Below, piece by piece: positions 21,384-30,493 of a stretch of 64,000 nt of DNA. The notes under the pieces are model-generated. The model did no database searches. It worked only from the letters and a program-made list of their open reading frames with translations, and was not told the origin of the DNA. Source of the DNA: an uncultured bacterium (GTDB taxonomy: Bacteria > Zixibacteria > MSB-5A5 > CAIYYT01); the NCBI GenBank assembly GCA_963726455.1, contig CAVSCK010000005.1, positions 1 to 64,000 on the forward strand. Reading direction: 5' to 3'. The position numbers and the translations under genes were made by a program. Numbering within the stretch: the stretch's first letter is position 1; the number at the start of each line of letters is the position of its first letter.

Positions 21384-21507
21384 GGAGAGGAAGTAGACCA
21401 GGCTACCCCGCGGCACATGAAGACGACGCCTACCGCTGCTACCTTCCGGTCCTGACGGGGTTTGGTGCGTTTGCATTGCGCGGGACCTGGTCAACTTCAT
21501 TCTCCCC
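21384..21507 (-). ncRNA. ffs: Signal recognition particle RNA (4.5S)
   Basis: Minus strand contains CCCCGTCAGGACCGGAAGGTAGCAGCGGTAGG (helix 8) inside a long hairpin; classic position upstream of dnaX. Confidence 0.93.
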
Positions 21508-21742
21508 GAAGGAAGACTGCCGGCGCATGATACGTCGCACTTGGGAGCCAGTCAACCGTATTCTGGCAGAAATCGCGTAGTCACAGAACGGGCTTGACTT
21601 ATCGACCGCGAAGAATATATTTAGATGTCTTTACACCGGAATATAAGAAGATTCGTTCTGGCTCGGCAGTCCCAGTTTACTAACAGAGCGGGAGCTGTCT
21701 GCCGATTTTGAAATTCTGCTTATTTCTTCTCGGGGAGGAATC

Positions 21743-24499
21743 ATGAATCATAGACGATTTGCTTCGGTTGCAGGCGTCATTGTGCTGCTGTCAATCTCCG
21801 CGTTCGCAAAGCCGCCGGCCGCGCTCTCACAAGCGGACAATTTGGGAGTGCCCAAGTCGACAGACTACGCCAGTTTCTTCGATGCGAACAGACTCTTCAT
21901 GATGGTCAGCAACGTGGGACATCTGGCGTATGACAGTAACTGGCAATACGGCAGAGCCGCCGGACTCTATTATCCCTACACGGGGTATTCCGAGGCGCCG
22001 GGTGTCAAGACGATGGTTTACGGGTCGGGAATGTTCATGGGCGGCAAAGTAAACGGACAGGTGCGCATCGCAGCGGCGGAGTACAGTTCCGAATTTACTC
22101 CCGGTCCGATGGCGGGAGGAACGTACCAGCCCGATCAGCCATCATTTCGAGTTTATAAGATCGACGCAAGTTCGGGTCCCGGCGACGCTGATTACGACCA
22201 GTGGCCTGCGTCTGAGGGAGCGCCGCTAGACCAATATGGTAACCCGCTACTGCTTGGGGATCAGACTCTGTGGGCTGTATTCAATGACGCAAATCCTTCC
22301 CGTCATACTAATAATGCCGGAAGCACGCAGCCACTCGGAGTCGAGGTGCAACAAACGGTTTGGGGTTCCGACGTTATTGGTGAACAGATCGTAGTCTATG
22401 TCAAGTATAAGCTATACAACAGGAGCACCAATCCGATCGACAGCTTCTTTGTCTCTTTCTGGGCTGATCCGGACCTTGGCGATGTCAGCGATGATCAAGT
22501 GGGTTGTGACACGCTGTCGGATATCTTCTTTGCCTACAATACGGGAGTGGACGCCGTTTACGCGCCGGAGTCTCCGGTATGGGGAGGCAAGCTGTTGTCG
22601 GGGCCGGTGGTTCCGTCAGTCGGAGATACGGCGGAGTTCGACGGGCATCCCATGCCAGGTTTCAAGAATGTAGGCATGTACTCTTTTTCCCGATATGTCA
22701 ACGGTAGCGATCCTTTAGCTCCCCTAGAAACATTCAATTATATGAAAGGCCGGAACAGGGATGGATCGCCGGTGGTTGACCCTTACGGAAATACAACGAG
22801 ATACTCTTACTCAGGTAATCCTGCAAACGGCACAGGTTGGCTGGATACCCCTCCCTCGGACAAACGTTTGATGGTGAGTTTCGGGCCGGTGACATTCAAT
22901 CCGGGTGACAGCCAGCAGGTTGTCCTGAAATTCGCGGCCTATACTTCAACTGATATGCCGCCAGCGGTAACCGAGTTGAAGCGTGCGCTTGACTCTGCGG
23001 CAGTGGAGGTTGGGCCACCGCAATTTGCGGCTTGTGATTCAGCCCGGCTGTCGGTGAACAATTATCAGAAGTTGGGAGATGTCTATTTTGTGTCAACGCC
23101 TGACAAGAAATGGCTCGCCGGTATGAGCTGGGGAGGTGGCTTCTTCGGTAATTCCGCCGGCTACGCCAGCAGCTTTTTCGGTTCGATGTTAGATCCGGAA
23201 GTTGACTGGCTTTCGTTTCATAACGTAGAGGTTCGTTTCTCGACTACGCAGACTCAAAAGGCCTATCATTACTTGCGTGGAGGCAGCCCCAATTACGGTT
23301 ACGATGGTTATAGCGAGGTGCCATTTACTGTTTGGGACACGGACAATAATCGGCAACTCAATGCCGCCTTTGTGGAACAGAACGGATCTACGTGCCATGA
23401 CGGCAGTTGGAGTCCGTGCAACGAAGGCCCGTTGGCGCGAGAATATCTACTCATCTTGAATTCTGATTACAGCGGCGACAATCCTTATAACACGCCGATC
23501 GACTACACCAACCTGAATTTTTCCAATGATGCCTGGCAATTTGATGGCCTATATATGTTCTGGCCGCTTCTACAGGACGGTTTTTCCGCTCCTGATATTG
23601 CCGATGGTCAAAAACTGGTATTCGCAAAACAGACGTCGAACGTAAACGGCCCTGCCGGCGATATTGTGATCAATCAAAATGTCTCCAGTAGCGCGGGTAT
23701 CCAGGAACTTGAGATCGCGGTGCACTCGGGCGGCAGCAGTATTCTGAAATATGAACTGTCCTCGGGTTTGAGTTTTTCCGTTAGTCCGAATCATTTGTAT
23801 TTCGACACCGACGCGCAGGAACATATTCTGGTTTCCTTCCTGCCTTCGGCACCCGGAAGCTACACTGACGTTCTTCGAGTCGTGGATGTTCCCAGTGGTT
23901 CGGAAATGGCTCGGGTTAATCTGTCGGGAAACACGCCTTCGGGGGCATTTATGGAGATCGCGCCTAACCCGATGTACGTCTATTTTGTCAATGCGATCGA
24001 TCCAATCATGGCCAAGATCCATATTGGTAATTTCTTTATCGGCGGCCACCCGATCGAGGATGTTGATCTCTCGTCCTTGCTGGTCAATGATGCGATCGTT
24101 CCGACATCGGTTGAGTTGCTGCCGTCTTACGACGGATTTGACGGCAAGGTGTTAGAGATCACTTTCCCGGTTAAGGGATTCATTCAGGGATACGGTTTGT
24201 TGTGGGACGTTAACTCCCTGGGATATGAAGTGAGGGGCCAGTTCACAAACACCAATCCATTCAACGTGACGCAGAACGTGATCATAATCGGTCGCAGATC
24301 GGGTGATGCCAACAATGACGGCTTCGTTGACATCGCGGACGGGATTTACCTCGTGTCCTACATTTTCAGCGGTGGGGCGGCGCCGGCGCCTCTAAGGGCC
24401 GGGGATGCCGATTGTGATGGATCCGTGTGCATTACCGATGTGGTGTATTTGGTGAACTACATCTTTGGAAATGGACCGGAGCCGTGCGTGAAGAAGTAG
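21743..24499 (+). CDS. Large secreted protein with C-terminal dockerin-like domain
   Basis: Signal peptide; FCB-type N-terminal region (GDQTLW, PLGVEVQQTVW, WADPDLG, DKRLM); tail GDANNDGFVDIADGIYLVSYIF...GDADCDG. Confidence 0.85.
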   Translation: MNHRRFASVAGVIVLLSISAFAKPPAALSQADNLGVPKSTDYASFFDANRLFMMVSNVGHLAYDSNWQYGRAAGLYYPYTGYSEAPGVKTMVYGSGMFMGGKVNGQVRIAAAEYSSEFTPGPMAGGTYQPDQPSFRVYKIDASSGPGDADYDQWPASEGAPLDQYGNPLLLGDQTLWAVFNDANPSRHTNNAGSTQPLGVEVQQTVWGSDVIGEQIVVYVKYKLYNRSTNPIDSFFVSFWADPDLGDVSDDQVGCDTLSDIFFAYNTGVDAVYAPESPVWGGKLLSGPVVPSVGDTAEFDGHPMPGFKNVGMYSFSRYVNGSDPLAPLETFNYMKGRNRDGSPVVDPYGNTTRYSYSGNPANGTGWLDTPPSDKRLMVSFGPVTFNPGDSQQVVLKFAAYTSTDMPPAVTELKRALDSAAVEVGPPQFAACDSARLSVNNYQKLGDVYFVSTPDKKWLAGMSWGGGFFGNSAGYASSFFGSMLDPEVDWLSFHNVEVRFSTTQTQKAYHYLRGGSPNYGYDGYSEVPFTVWDTDNNRQLNAAFVEQNGSTCHDGSWSPCNEGPLAREYLLILNSDYSGDNPYNTPIDYTNLNFSNDAWQFDGLYMFWPLLQDGFSAPDIADGQKLVFAKQTSNVNGPAGDIVINQNVSSSAGIQELEIAVHSGGSSILKYELSSGLSFSVSPNHLYFDTDAQEHILVSFLPSAPGSYTDVLRVVDVPSGSEMARVNLSGNTPSGAFMEIAPNPMYVYFVNAIDPIMAKIHIGNFFIGGHPIEDVDLSSLLVNDAIVPTSVELLPSYDGFDGKVLEITFPVKGFIQGYGLLWDVNSLGYEVRGQFTNTNPFNVTQNVIIIGRRSGDANNDGFVDIADGIYLVSYIFSGGAAPAPLRAGDADCDGSVCITDVVYLVNYIFGNGPEPCVKK

Positions 24500-25100
24500 G
24501 TCGGAGTTAAGCGCTCCCGCACCCCTGGCACAATCGCGAAGTACGAGAATGAGGTGATGCCGTCGCGCTCCCTCACCACTGACCCCTCTCCTACGGGGAG
24601 AGGGGAAGCAGCGTTTCTAACAGTGTCACGCGCGACATCGTCGTGCGCATGACCTGACACGACATTTGGGCGTCAAGACCGAAGCGGTTTTGGCCCGCAG
24701 ACTGTCGTCTTGGCGGACAGGCGCGTACAACCCCCTTGATCCCCCTTTGCCAAGGGGGAAAAACCTACGAACCGACACAGTGCACCGTCAGGCATGGATT
24801 CTGACAGCACGGTTCCTGACGGCGCAGGAGTTGACGGCGCGAAAACGCGGGCACATGGCAAGGTGCCCCTGCGGGTTGAGACGAGTCGTTTGGGTTTGAT
24901 GAGAGAAGGGCGAACCGCCGGCGAGCCCCTACGATTGGAACGAGTGCGATTGGGGACGCGGCAGGCGAGGACAACTGCCGCGCACAAGAGCACTGCCGTG
25001 CGCCACTACTTCAGATTCTAACGCGGCGCACGAGAACGTACGCCGCGCACAAACATGTCTTGTAGTCTGGACCCGTGTGGGCGTACGGTTGCTTGGTGTA
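24496..25100. repeat. Intergenic mosaic of REP-like palindromes
   Basis: CCCCTCTCCTACGGGGAGAGGGG; GTCAAGACCGAAGCGGTTTTGGC; CCCCCTTTGCCAAGGGGG; GGTTCCTGACGGCGC; AGGGCGAACCGCCGGCGAGCCCCTAC; GGCAGGCGAGGACAACTGCC. Each type recurs elsewhere in the window. Confidence 0.75.
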
Positions 25101-25107
25101 TGGCGGA

Positions 25108-26223
25108 TTAGGCGTTTAGTTCGATCAGGAAACTGATTGCGGCCATGCGTGGTGTGACGTTGCGGCGGAGTTGGATTCGGATTTGCTCCAGCTTGTCGAT
25201 CTGTCTTTCGACCTGCTTCAATGATGCAAACCGTTCGCGATACTCCAGATAGCGGTCGGCGTAATCGAAGTTGATCAAGGTCGGCGCCGGGTCGATTCCG
25301 GTTTGTAGTGGCAAGGCATTGAGCACCATCAGGTCGCGCAACATGCTCTGCCAGTGGACCAGCAGACGTTCAACTTTGTCGCGATTTTCCAGCGCCGCAT
25401 GGCCTGAGTACTTGACGATGAAATCCGCTGCCGGCATGGTGACCGCGCCGGTAAGAAGTGTGAACGCGGTTTCGCGCGCTTCAAAGAATGCTTTTTCCAC
25501 GAGCTGCTCGATGCCGTAAAGTGACCCGCCTGCAAAACGACATATGACGCCGATTTCATTATCCGGCAACTGAAAACGTCCGCGCAGATAGGACGCGATA
25601 TACTCATTGTCCAGCATCGGGAAATTGACTCTTTGCAGCCGCGATCGAATTGTCGCCAGTAGGAAACGCGGTTGATCGGTACAGACGATCAAAATCGAAT
25701 CACGCGGCGGTTCCTCCAGCGTCTTGAGCAGCGAATCCATCGTTGCGGGGAGCATCCGCTCGGCTTCGTAAATGATCCCGACTTTGTACTTGGACAAGCT
25801 GGGATAACGCGAGAGACTGCTCTGGAAGATACGGATGTTGTCGATCGCGATGACGTTCGTGGGATCCTCGGCGGCATCGCCAAACGGTGTCGCGACTTTG
25901 TTCTGAAAGTAGTTGATCAGCCGCTTGTCGACGTTGTCTTCTTCATTCTTCTTCGTTTCCTTCGGGAGAGGAACCAGATAGTAGATGTCGGGATGGCAGA
26001 ACTGTTCGGCCTGCCGGCAGGAAACGCATTTGCCGCAATAACCATCGCCCGGTTCAAGACAGGTGATGGTCTTTGCCAGCGCATTCGCTACCGACCATTT
26101 GCCGACTCCCTTTTTGCCGGCGAACAACAGCGATGATGGCAGCCGATTCTCTCTAAAGAAGCGACGGAGCCGTTCATAGAGTTCCAGTTGTGGGAATTGT
26201 GTCAGTGTTTGCGAGGTCGTCAT
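25108..26223 (-). CDS. holB: DNA polymerase III subunit delta'
   Basis: [38 protein letters not shown]. Confidence 0.88.
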   Translation of the reverse strand: MTTSQTLTQFPQLELYERLRRFFRENRLPSSLLFAGKKGVGKWSVANALAKTITCLEPGDGYCGKCVSCRQAEQFCHPDIYYLVPLPKETKKNEEDNVDKRLINYFQNKVATPFGDAAEDPTNVIAIDNIRIFQSSLSRYPSLSKYKVGIIYEAERMLPATMDSLLKTLEEPPRDSILIVCTDQPRFLLATIRSRLQRVNFPMLDNEYIASYLRGRFQLPDNEIGVICRFAGGSLYGIEQLVEKAFFEARETAFTLLTGAVTMPAADFIVKYSGHAALENRDKVERLLVHWQSMLRDLMVLNALPLQTGIDPAPTLINFDYADRYLEYRERFASLKQVERQIDKLEQIRIQLRRNVTPRMAAISFLIELNA

Positions 26224-27359
26224 TTTCTCAGCCATACAGTCGGGTCGACAGCGGTCTTGCCGTCGCGGATTTCAAAGTGCACCTGGGCAGACGCCGCGGA
26301 TGCAAAACGTTCGCCGCGAATCACCTGGTCGCCTTCGCTGACGGCAACCTGATCGAGGTTGCCATAAAGCGAGTAGATCGAACCACCGTGATCGACAACG
26401 ACGAACCGTTCGAGACCGCGCGCCCAGCCGATATATAGCACTTCACCGGTCGCCGCGGCAACCACTTTCCGCCCCGGATGGGTGGCAATGTCGACGCCGT
26501 TGTTTTTGGTCAGCAGATTGTCGTCGTCGCGCTTAAGCCCGAATCCGGTCGTCACGCTTCCATGCACCGGCCATTCCAGCCGACCGCGCAATCGTAACGC
26601 CAGCTCATGTTCACGTTGCCAGACGGCATCGACGGTCTTGCTTCGCTCGGATTCGATCTGCGCAAAGATGTCGCCGATGACTTCCGAGGAACTGTTGAGT
26701 TCCTCCATCTGTCGGACTTTCTGACGCTGGCGGCCACGAACCTGAGCCAGCAAACGATCGCGCTGGGCAATAGCTTGTCTGGACTTGGTCTCTTCGACTG
26801 CCTGCGCTTGCAGCACTTTTGCCAAGCCATCCTGGCGCAGTTTGAGATTGGCAAGAAGTTGTTGATTGCTGACAAGATCCGAATTCAAAGTGATCAATCG
26901 CCTTTTATCGGACGCAATCAGACGCTGCAGCAGATAATCCTGGTTTCCGTAATTGTTGTCGTCACTCGCGGCAAACGGAACGAAGCGTTCATCGGGAAGA
27001 GGTTGTTTGTAGTACGCGCGCAAGTGCGCGCCCAACGCGACGCCACCGACGGATGACTGCTGCCTGAGAACAGCAACAGTATCTTTGGTGGCTTCGATCT
27101 CACCGCCGATGGTGCGACTTTGCTGGCGCAGTTCACGTTGCAGGCGGCTCGACAATTCCAGTTCGGCTTCGACTTTATCAAGTTGATCGAAGATGTTGGT
27201 CTGAGTAGCCAGAAGCTGGTCGACTTCGCCACGCAAAGTGCTGAGCTTCTGCTGCATTGCCGGAACAGTATTAGTCGCGGTCGATTGTGCAAGCGTGATT
27301 ACGCTGCACAAGATCAGCATTGTGCAGAACTCAGCTACGAATTTGCGAGCCGGGATCAT
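26220..27359 (-). CDS. envC: EnvC-like murein hydrolase activator (coiled coil plus degenerate M23/LytM domain)
   Basis: Signal peptide, long coiled coil, LEWPVHG...NNGVDI...YGNL...HFEIR with Zn ligands degenerate as in EnvC; downstream of ftsX. Confidence 0.8.
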   Translation of the reverse strand: MIPARKFVAEFCTMLILCSVITLAQSTATNTVPAMQQKLSTLRGEVDQLLATQTNIFDQLDKVEAELELSSRLQRELRQQSRTIGGEIEATKDTVAVLRQQSSVGGVALGAHLRAYYKQPLPDERFVPFAASDDNNYGNQDYLLQRLIASDKRRLITLNSDLVSNQQLLANLKLRQDGLAKVLQAQAVEETKSRQAIAQRDRLLAQVRGRQRQKVRQMEELNSSSEVIGDIFAQIESERSKTVDAVWQREHELALRLRGRLEWPVHGSVTTGFGLKRDDDNLLTKNNGVDIATHPGRKVVAAATGEVLYIGWARGLERFVVVDHGGSIYSLYGNLDQVAVSEGDQVIRGERFASAASAQVHFEIRDGKTAVDPTVWLRK

Positions 27360-28174
27360 TTCATCTGGCTCCGCGACTCGTAGAGGCCCGCGAAGACGCC
27401 GGCGATGACGGTACAGACTGCAACTAACGCCAAACCATTGCCGGTGAGGAACGCAAGTTGAAGCGGCAAACCGGCCGAAAAATGCCAGAGCAAATAGAGC
27501 AGCATCAGTCCGGCGAGGGCGGCGATCATTCCGGAGGTCAGGCCATTCGCCAGCAAGGGAAGCGCAATTTGTTTCCAACCGGCGCCTAGTAGCAAGAGAA
27601 CCCGAGTTTGTTCAGAGCGCGCGAGCGCCATGCGCCGGATGCCGATCCACATGACAAGGAGCAGCATTGCCAGCGTCAGTGCGAGCAGGACCAGTCCGGC
27701 CTTGTCGAAAAATGCGTAGGTGCTTTCCTGCGAGATGAGCAGTGCCTTGGGATAGCGGATGTCTTCAACGCAACGGAACGCCTTGAGTTTACTTTCGGCG
27801 GCTTGATAATTCGAGAAGGTGGACAAGCCAGAAGCGAACTTAATTATCAAAGAATTCGGAAACGGATTGTAACCGGAAGAAGGTAGCACCTGGGAACCGA
27901 GTGTTGCCTGCATCTGAGCGAAGGCCTCCGTTTTGTCGCGATAGGTCGAGGATTCGTAGCCGGACAGAGAGGCAACCTCGTTTGTCAGTAGCCGCAATCC
28001 ATCGGGTGAGGTATCGTCGCGCAGGAAGATTTCGAGTTGCAGGTCACCGCGGAATTTCTGTTGCTGGCTCTGGAGGTTCTCGCGAAGCAGGAAGACGATA
28101 CCAAGCAACATCACGACAACTGTCGCCGAGATGGTAATGCCGATGATTCCTCTGTTGTGGCTCGCTGATTTCAT
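27356..28174 (-). CDS. ftsX: FtsX-like cell-division permease
   Basis: TM1, periplasmic loop with NPFPNSL, three more TMs with LLGA; between ftsE and envC. Confidence 0.8.
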   Translation of the reverse strand: MKSASHNRGIIGITISATVVVMLLGIVFLLRENLQSQQQKFRGDLQLEIFLRDDTSPDGLRLLTNEVASLSGYESSTYRDKTEAFAQMQATLGSQVLPSSGYNPFPNSLIIKFASGLSTFSNYQAAESKLKAFRCVEDIRYPKALLISQESTYAFFDKAGLVLLALTLAMLLLVMWIGIRRMALARSEQTRVLLLLGAGWKQIALPLLANGLTSGMIAALAGLMLLYLLWHFSAGLPLQLAFLTGNGLALVAVCTVIAGVFAGLYESRSQMK

Positions 28175-28184
28175 TTTGGCCCAA

Positions 28185-28829
28185 TCACTCCAGCGCCAGT
28201 TCGGCGGTTTGATGTGCGGTCTCGGTCACTGGTGAATGCTGCTTGCTGAGGATGAGCACTCCCGATCCATAATTCGCCAGTGTCTCCAGCCGGGGCGCGA
28301 TGGTCTTCTGGTCGACATCGCAGGAATTGAGATCTGCGACCGCCAGCGGCGGCATTTTTGCGAGTACCCGAGCCAGCGACAACAGGCGTCTTTCGGATGA
28401 AGAAAGCAGCTCGACAAGATGTTCGGCCCTGGGTGTGAGTCCGACGTCGTGCAACGCCTGATATGATCTTTCACGGGCGTGGGCGCGGGAGCAGCCGGAG
28501 ATCGTTAGTGCGGTCGCGACATTTTGAATAGCATTCCGGTCAGTCAAGAGGCAATCGTCCTGAAATATGACACCGATCTGACGGCGGAGGACGCTTCTGG
28601 CGATACTGCCACGACCCCACAATGGAGCGCCTTGAAAGTAGATTTCGCCGGAGTCAGGGCGGATTCCTTTGATAATGGAATTCAGCAGAGTTGTCTTGCC
28701 AGAGCCGCCAGCGCCGGTGACCCAGAGGACTTTGCCCTGGCGCAAGACAAATGAGACATGGTCGACGACGGCTATGCCTCTTTGGTCGCGACAGGTGATA
28801 TCTTCAAGGCGCAGTAGTTCGGCGGTCAA
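28185..28829 (-). CDS. ftsE: FtsE-like ABC ATPase with degenerate motifs
   Basis: GAGGSGKTT, LRRQIGVIFQD; signature reads LSSSE and Walker B reads AVADLN. Confidence 0.7.
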   Translation of the reverse strand: MTAELLRLEDITCRDQRGIAVVDHVSFVLRQGKVLWVTGAGGSGKTTLLNSIIKGIRPDSGEIYFQGAPLWGRGSIARSVLRRQIGVIFQDDCLLTDRNAIQNVATALTISGCSRAHARERSYQALHDVGLTPRAEHLVELLSSSERRLLSLARVLAKMPPLAVADLNSCDVDQKTIAPRLETLANYGSGVLILSKQHSPVTETAHQTAELALE

Positions 28830-28971
28830 GTTGGTCCTCCATAGTCTATATCGACTATTGACAGGGCGGAATTTGGTACGCTGTGTACGGTTTCACAAAC
28901 AGTTTTTGGTTGACTTGGCTGTCTGCCGGCCTATAAAGGATAGGAAATTAACGATCGATAATGAGGAACCC

Positions 28972-29919
28972 ATGACATATCTGAAATTCGCTTTACTAAT
29001 TGCTGCGGTGAGCGTCATCGCCGGGTGTTCATCTTCGGACCAGAACATACTGACCGGCGAACGGCTTGCGTTTCCTTCGACGGCAACGATCAGCGGTATC
29101 TATTTCGTGGACGCAAAGACCGGATTCGCGGCGACAGTCGAAAAGGAGGCCTACGTCACCCGGGACGGCGGCAAGACATTCAGCAAGCTCAATCTCGGGC
29201 CGGACTGCCGCGCGGAAGATTTGTACTTTCTGAACGACGACATCGGGTTTGCATTCGGCAGGTCGGGCTTCCTCATGCGGTCGGAGGACGGCGGTAAGAG
29301 TTGGCAGAGTGTTTCGGTGGATTCGGCCTACGATCTTCATGATATGGTGTTTCTTGATAAGGAACAGGGATTTGTCGTCGGAACGACCAACTCGGGTGAA
29401 CTCAAAAACGCGGGCGTTATCGGAAGTACAACCGACAAAGGATTGACCTGGAAGTTTCAGGTCGCGGAGCATGTCGGCTATCGGAAGGTGAGCGCCGTGC
29501 CCAACGACAATCTCTGGATATTGGGAAGCGGCGGTATCGCCTACAGTACCGATCGGGGAGCAAGCTGGGAATTTAATTCGGTCAGAGGCGCTGACACACT
29601 GCGTTCGTTTACGTTCAGCGATAACGTGCATGGCTGGTCGGTCGGCGACAAGGGACTGTTGAGGTATTCATCCGACGGCGGCTGGTCGTGGAAAGATCAG
29701 AAACAACTTACCGGCCGGGATCTGTTTTCGGTGGTGGCGCCGCAATTGGACATAATCTATCTGGCGGGCGATCGGTTTCTGGGCGTGAGCACCAATCATG
29801 GCAGGTCGTGGCTGGTGGATACACTAAACTATGCAGTGCGATTTAGTGATTGCCAGGCAGTCGGGAAAGAGACGTTCGTGGCCGGTTCGGGCGGGATGAT
29901 AATTCGGTTGAAAAGGTAA
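28972..29919 (+). CDS. YCF48/BNR-repeat beta-propeller lipoprotein
   Basis: Lipobox VIAGC; repeated (S/T)xDGGxSW Asp-boxes. Confidence 0.85.
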   Translation: MTYLKFALLIAAVSVIAGCSSSDQNILTGERLAFPSTATISGIYFVDAKTGFAATVEKEAYVTRDGGKTFSKLNLGPDCRAEDLYFLNDDIGFAFGRSGFLMRSEDGGKSWQSVSVDSAYDLHDMVFLDKEQGFVVGTTNSGELKNAGVIGSTTDKGLTWKFQVAEHVGYRKVSAVPNDNLWILGSGGIAYSTDRGASWEFNSVRGADTLRSFTFSDNVHGWSVGDKGLLRYSSDGGWSWKDQKQLTGRDLFSVVAPQLDIIYLAGDRFLGVSTNHGRSWLVDTLNYAVRFSDCQAVGKETFVAGSGGMIIRLKR

Positions 29920-30091
29920 AGGGATTCTCGCTGATCGGGGATGGCGGCAGGATTGAGATAGCAGGTGCATACGAATTCCCACCCGCTGGGTGGGGTACCA
30001 AGTACATTCTGGAGAGATACCGCACTTCTGCTTATCCGATCCGGGTCACATGTTGACTTAGGAAGCTTAACATATGGACACTAGACCTGCC

Positions 30092-30493
30092 TCAGACTCG
30101 AAATAGGAAATCGACGTCACGCTTGACTTCTTCCGTAACGTCAATCCCACGCTCGACGTCGTCAACGTGATAGTATGGAAAACTCTCCAGAAGCCACGCT
30201 ATGAATTGCTTTACATGCGCGCAGCTCTCGTCACTGCACTCCGACGTGCTCACCACTCGATCTGAGTAAATTGCCGCGTAGCCCAAGGCCCTATTCACCT
30301 CGCCAGTAGCCCTAAATTCCGCTGCGTACCGTTGCGCTTGGCTCGCTGTATAACAAAAGATGAGCACCAAACTTTTGTCCGCGTCTTCCACAGCCGCAAT
30401 CTGAGGTTTGTCTGCGATGTAGCGTCCGATGGCCGCCAAGATATCACCTTGATTAGCGCCTATGGAGATTTTGAAGGTCGGTACCATTTTCAC
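30092..30493 (-). CDS. Putative immunity protein for the upstream Rhs toxin
   Basis: 133-aa ORF overlapping the Rhs stop codon by 4 bp; canonical toxin-immunity arrangement. Confidence 0.7.
   Translation of the reverse strand: MKMVPTFKISIGANQGDILAAIGRYIADKPQIAAVEDADKSLVLIFCYTASQAQRYAAEFRATGEVNRALGYAAIYSDRVVSTSECSDESCAHVKQFIAWLLESFPYYHVDDVERGIDVTEEVKRDVDFLFRV

Noticed and set aside
26220-26600. Missing Zn ligands in the M23 domain as a novelty
   Set aside because: Expected for EnvC-type amidase activators.
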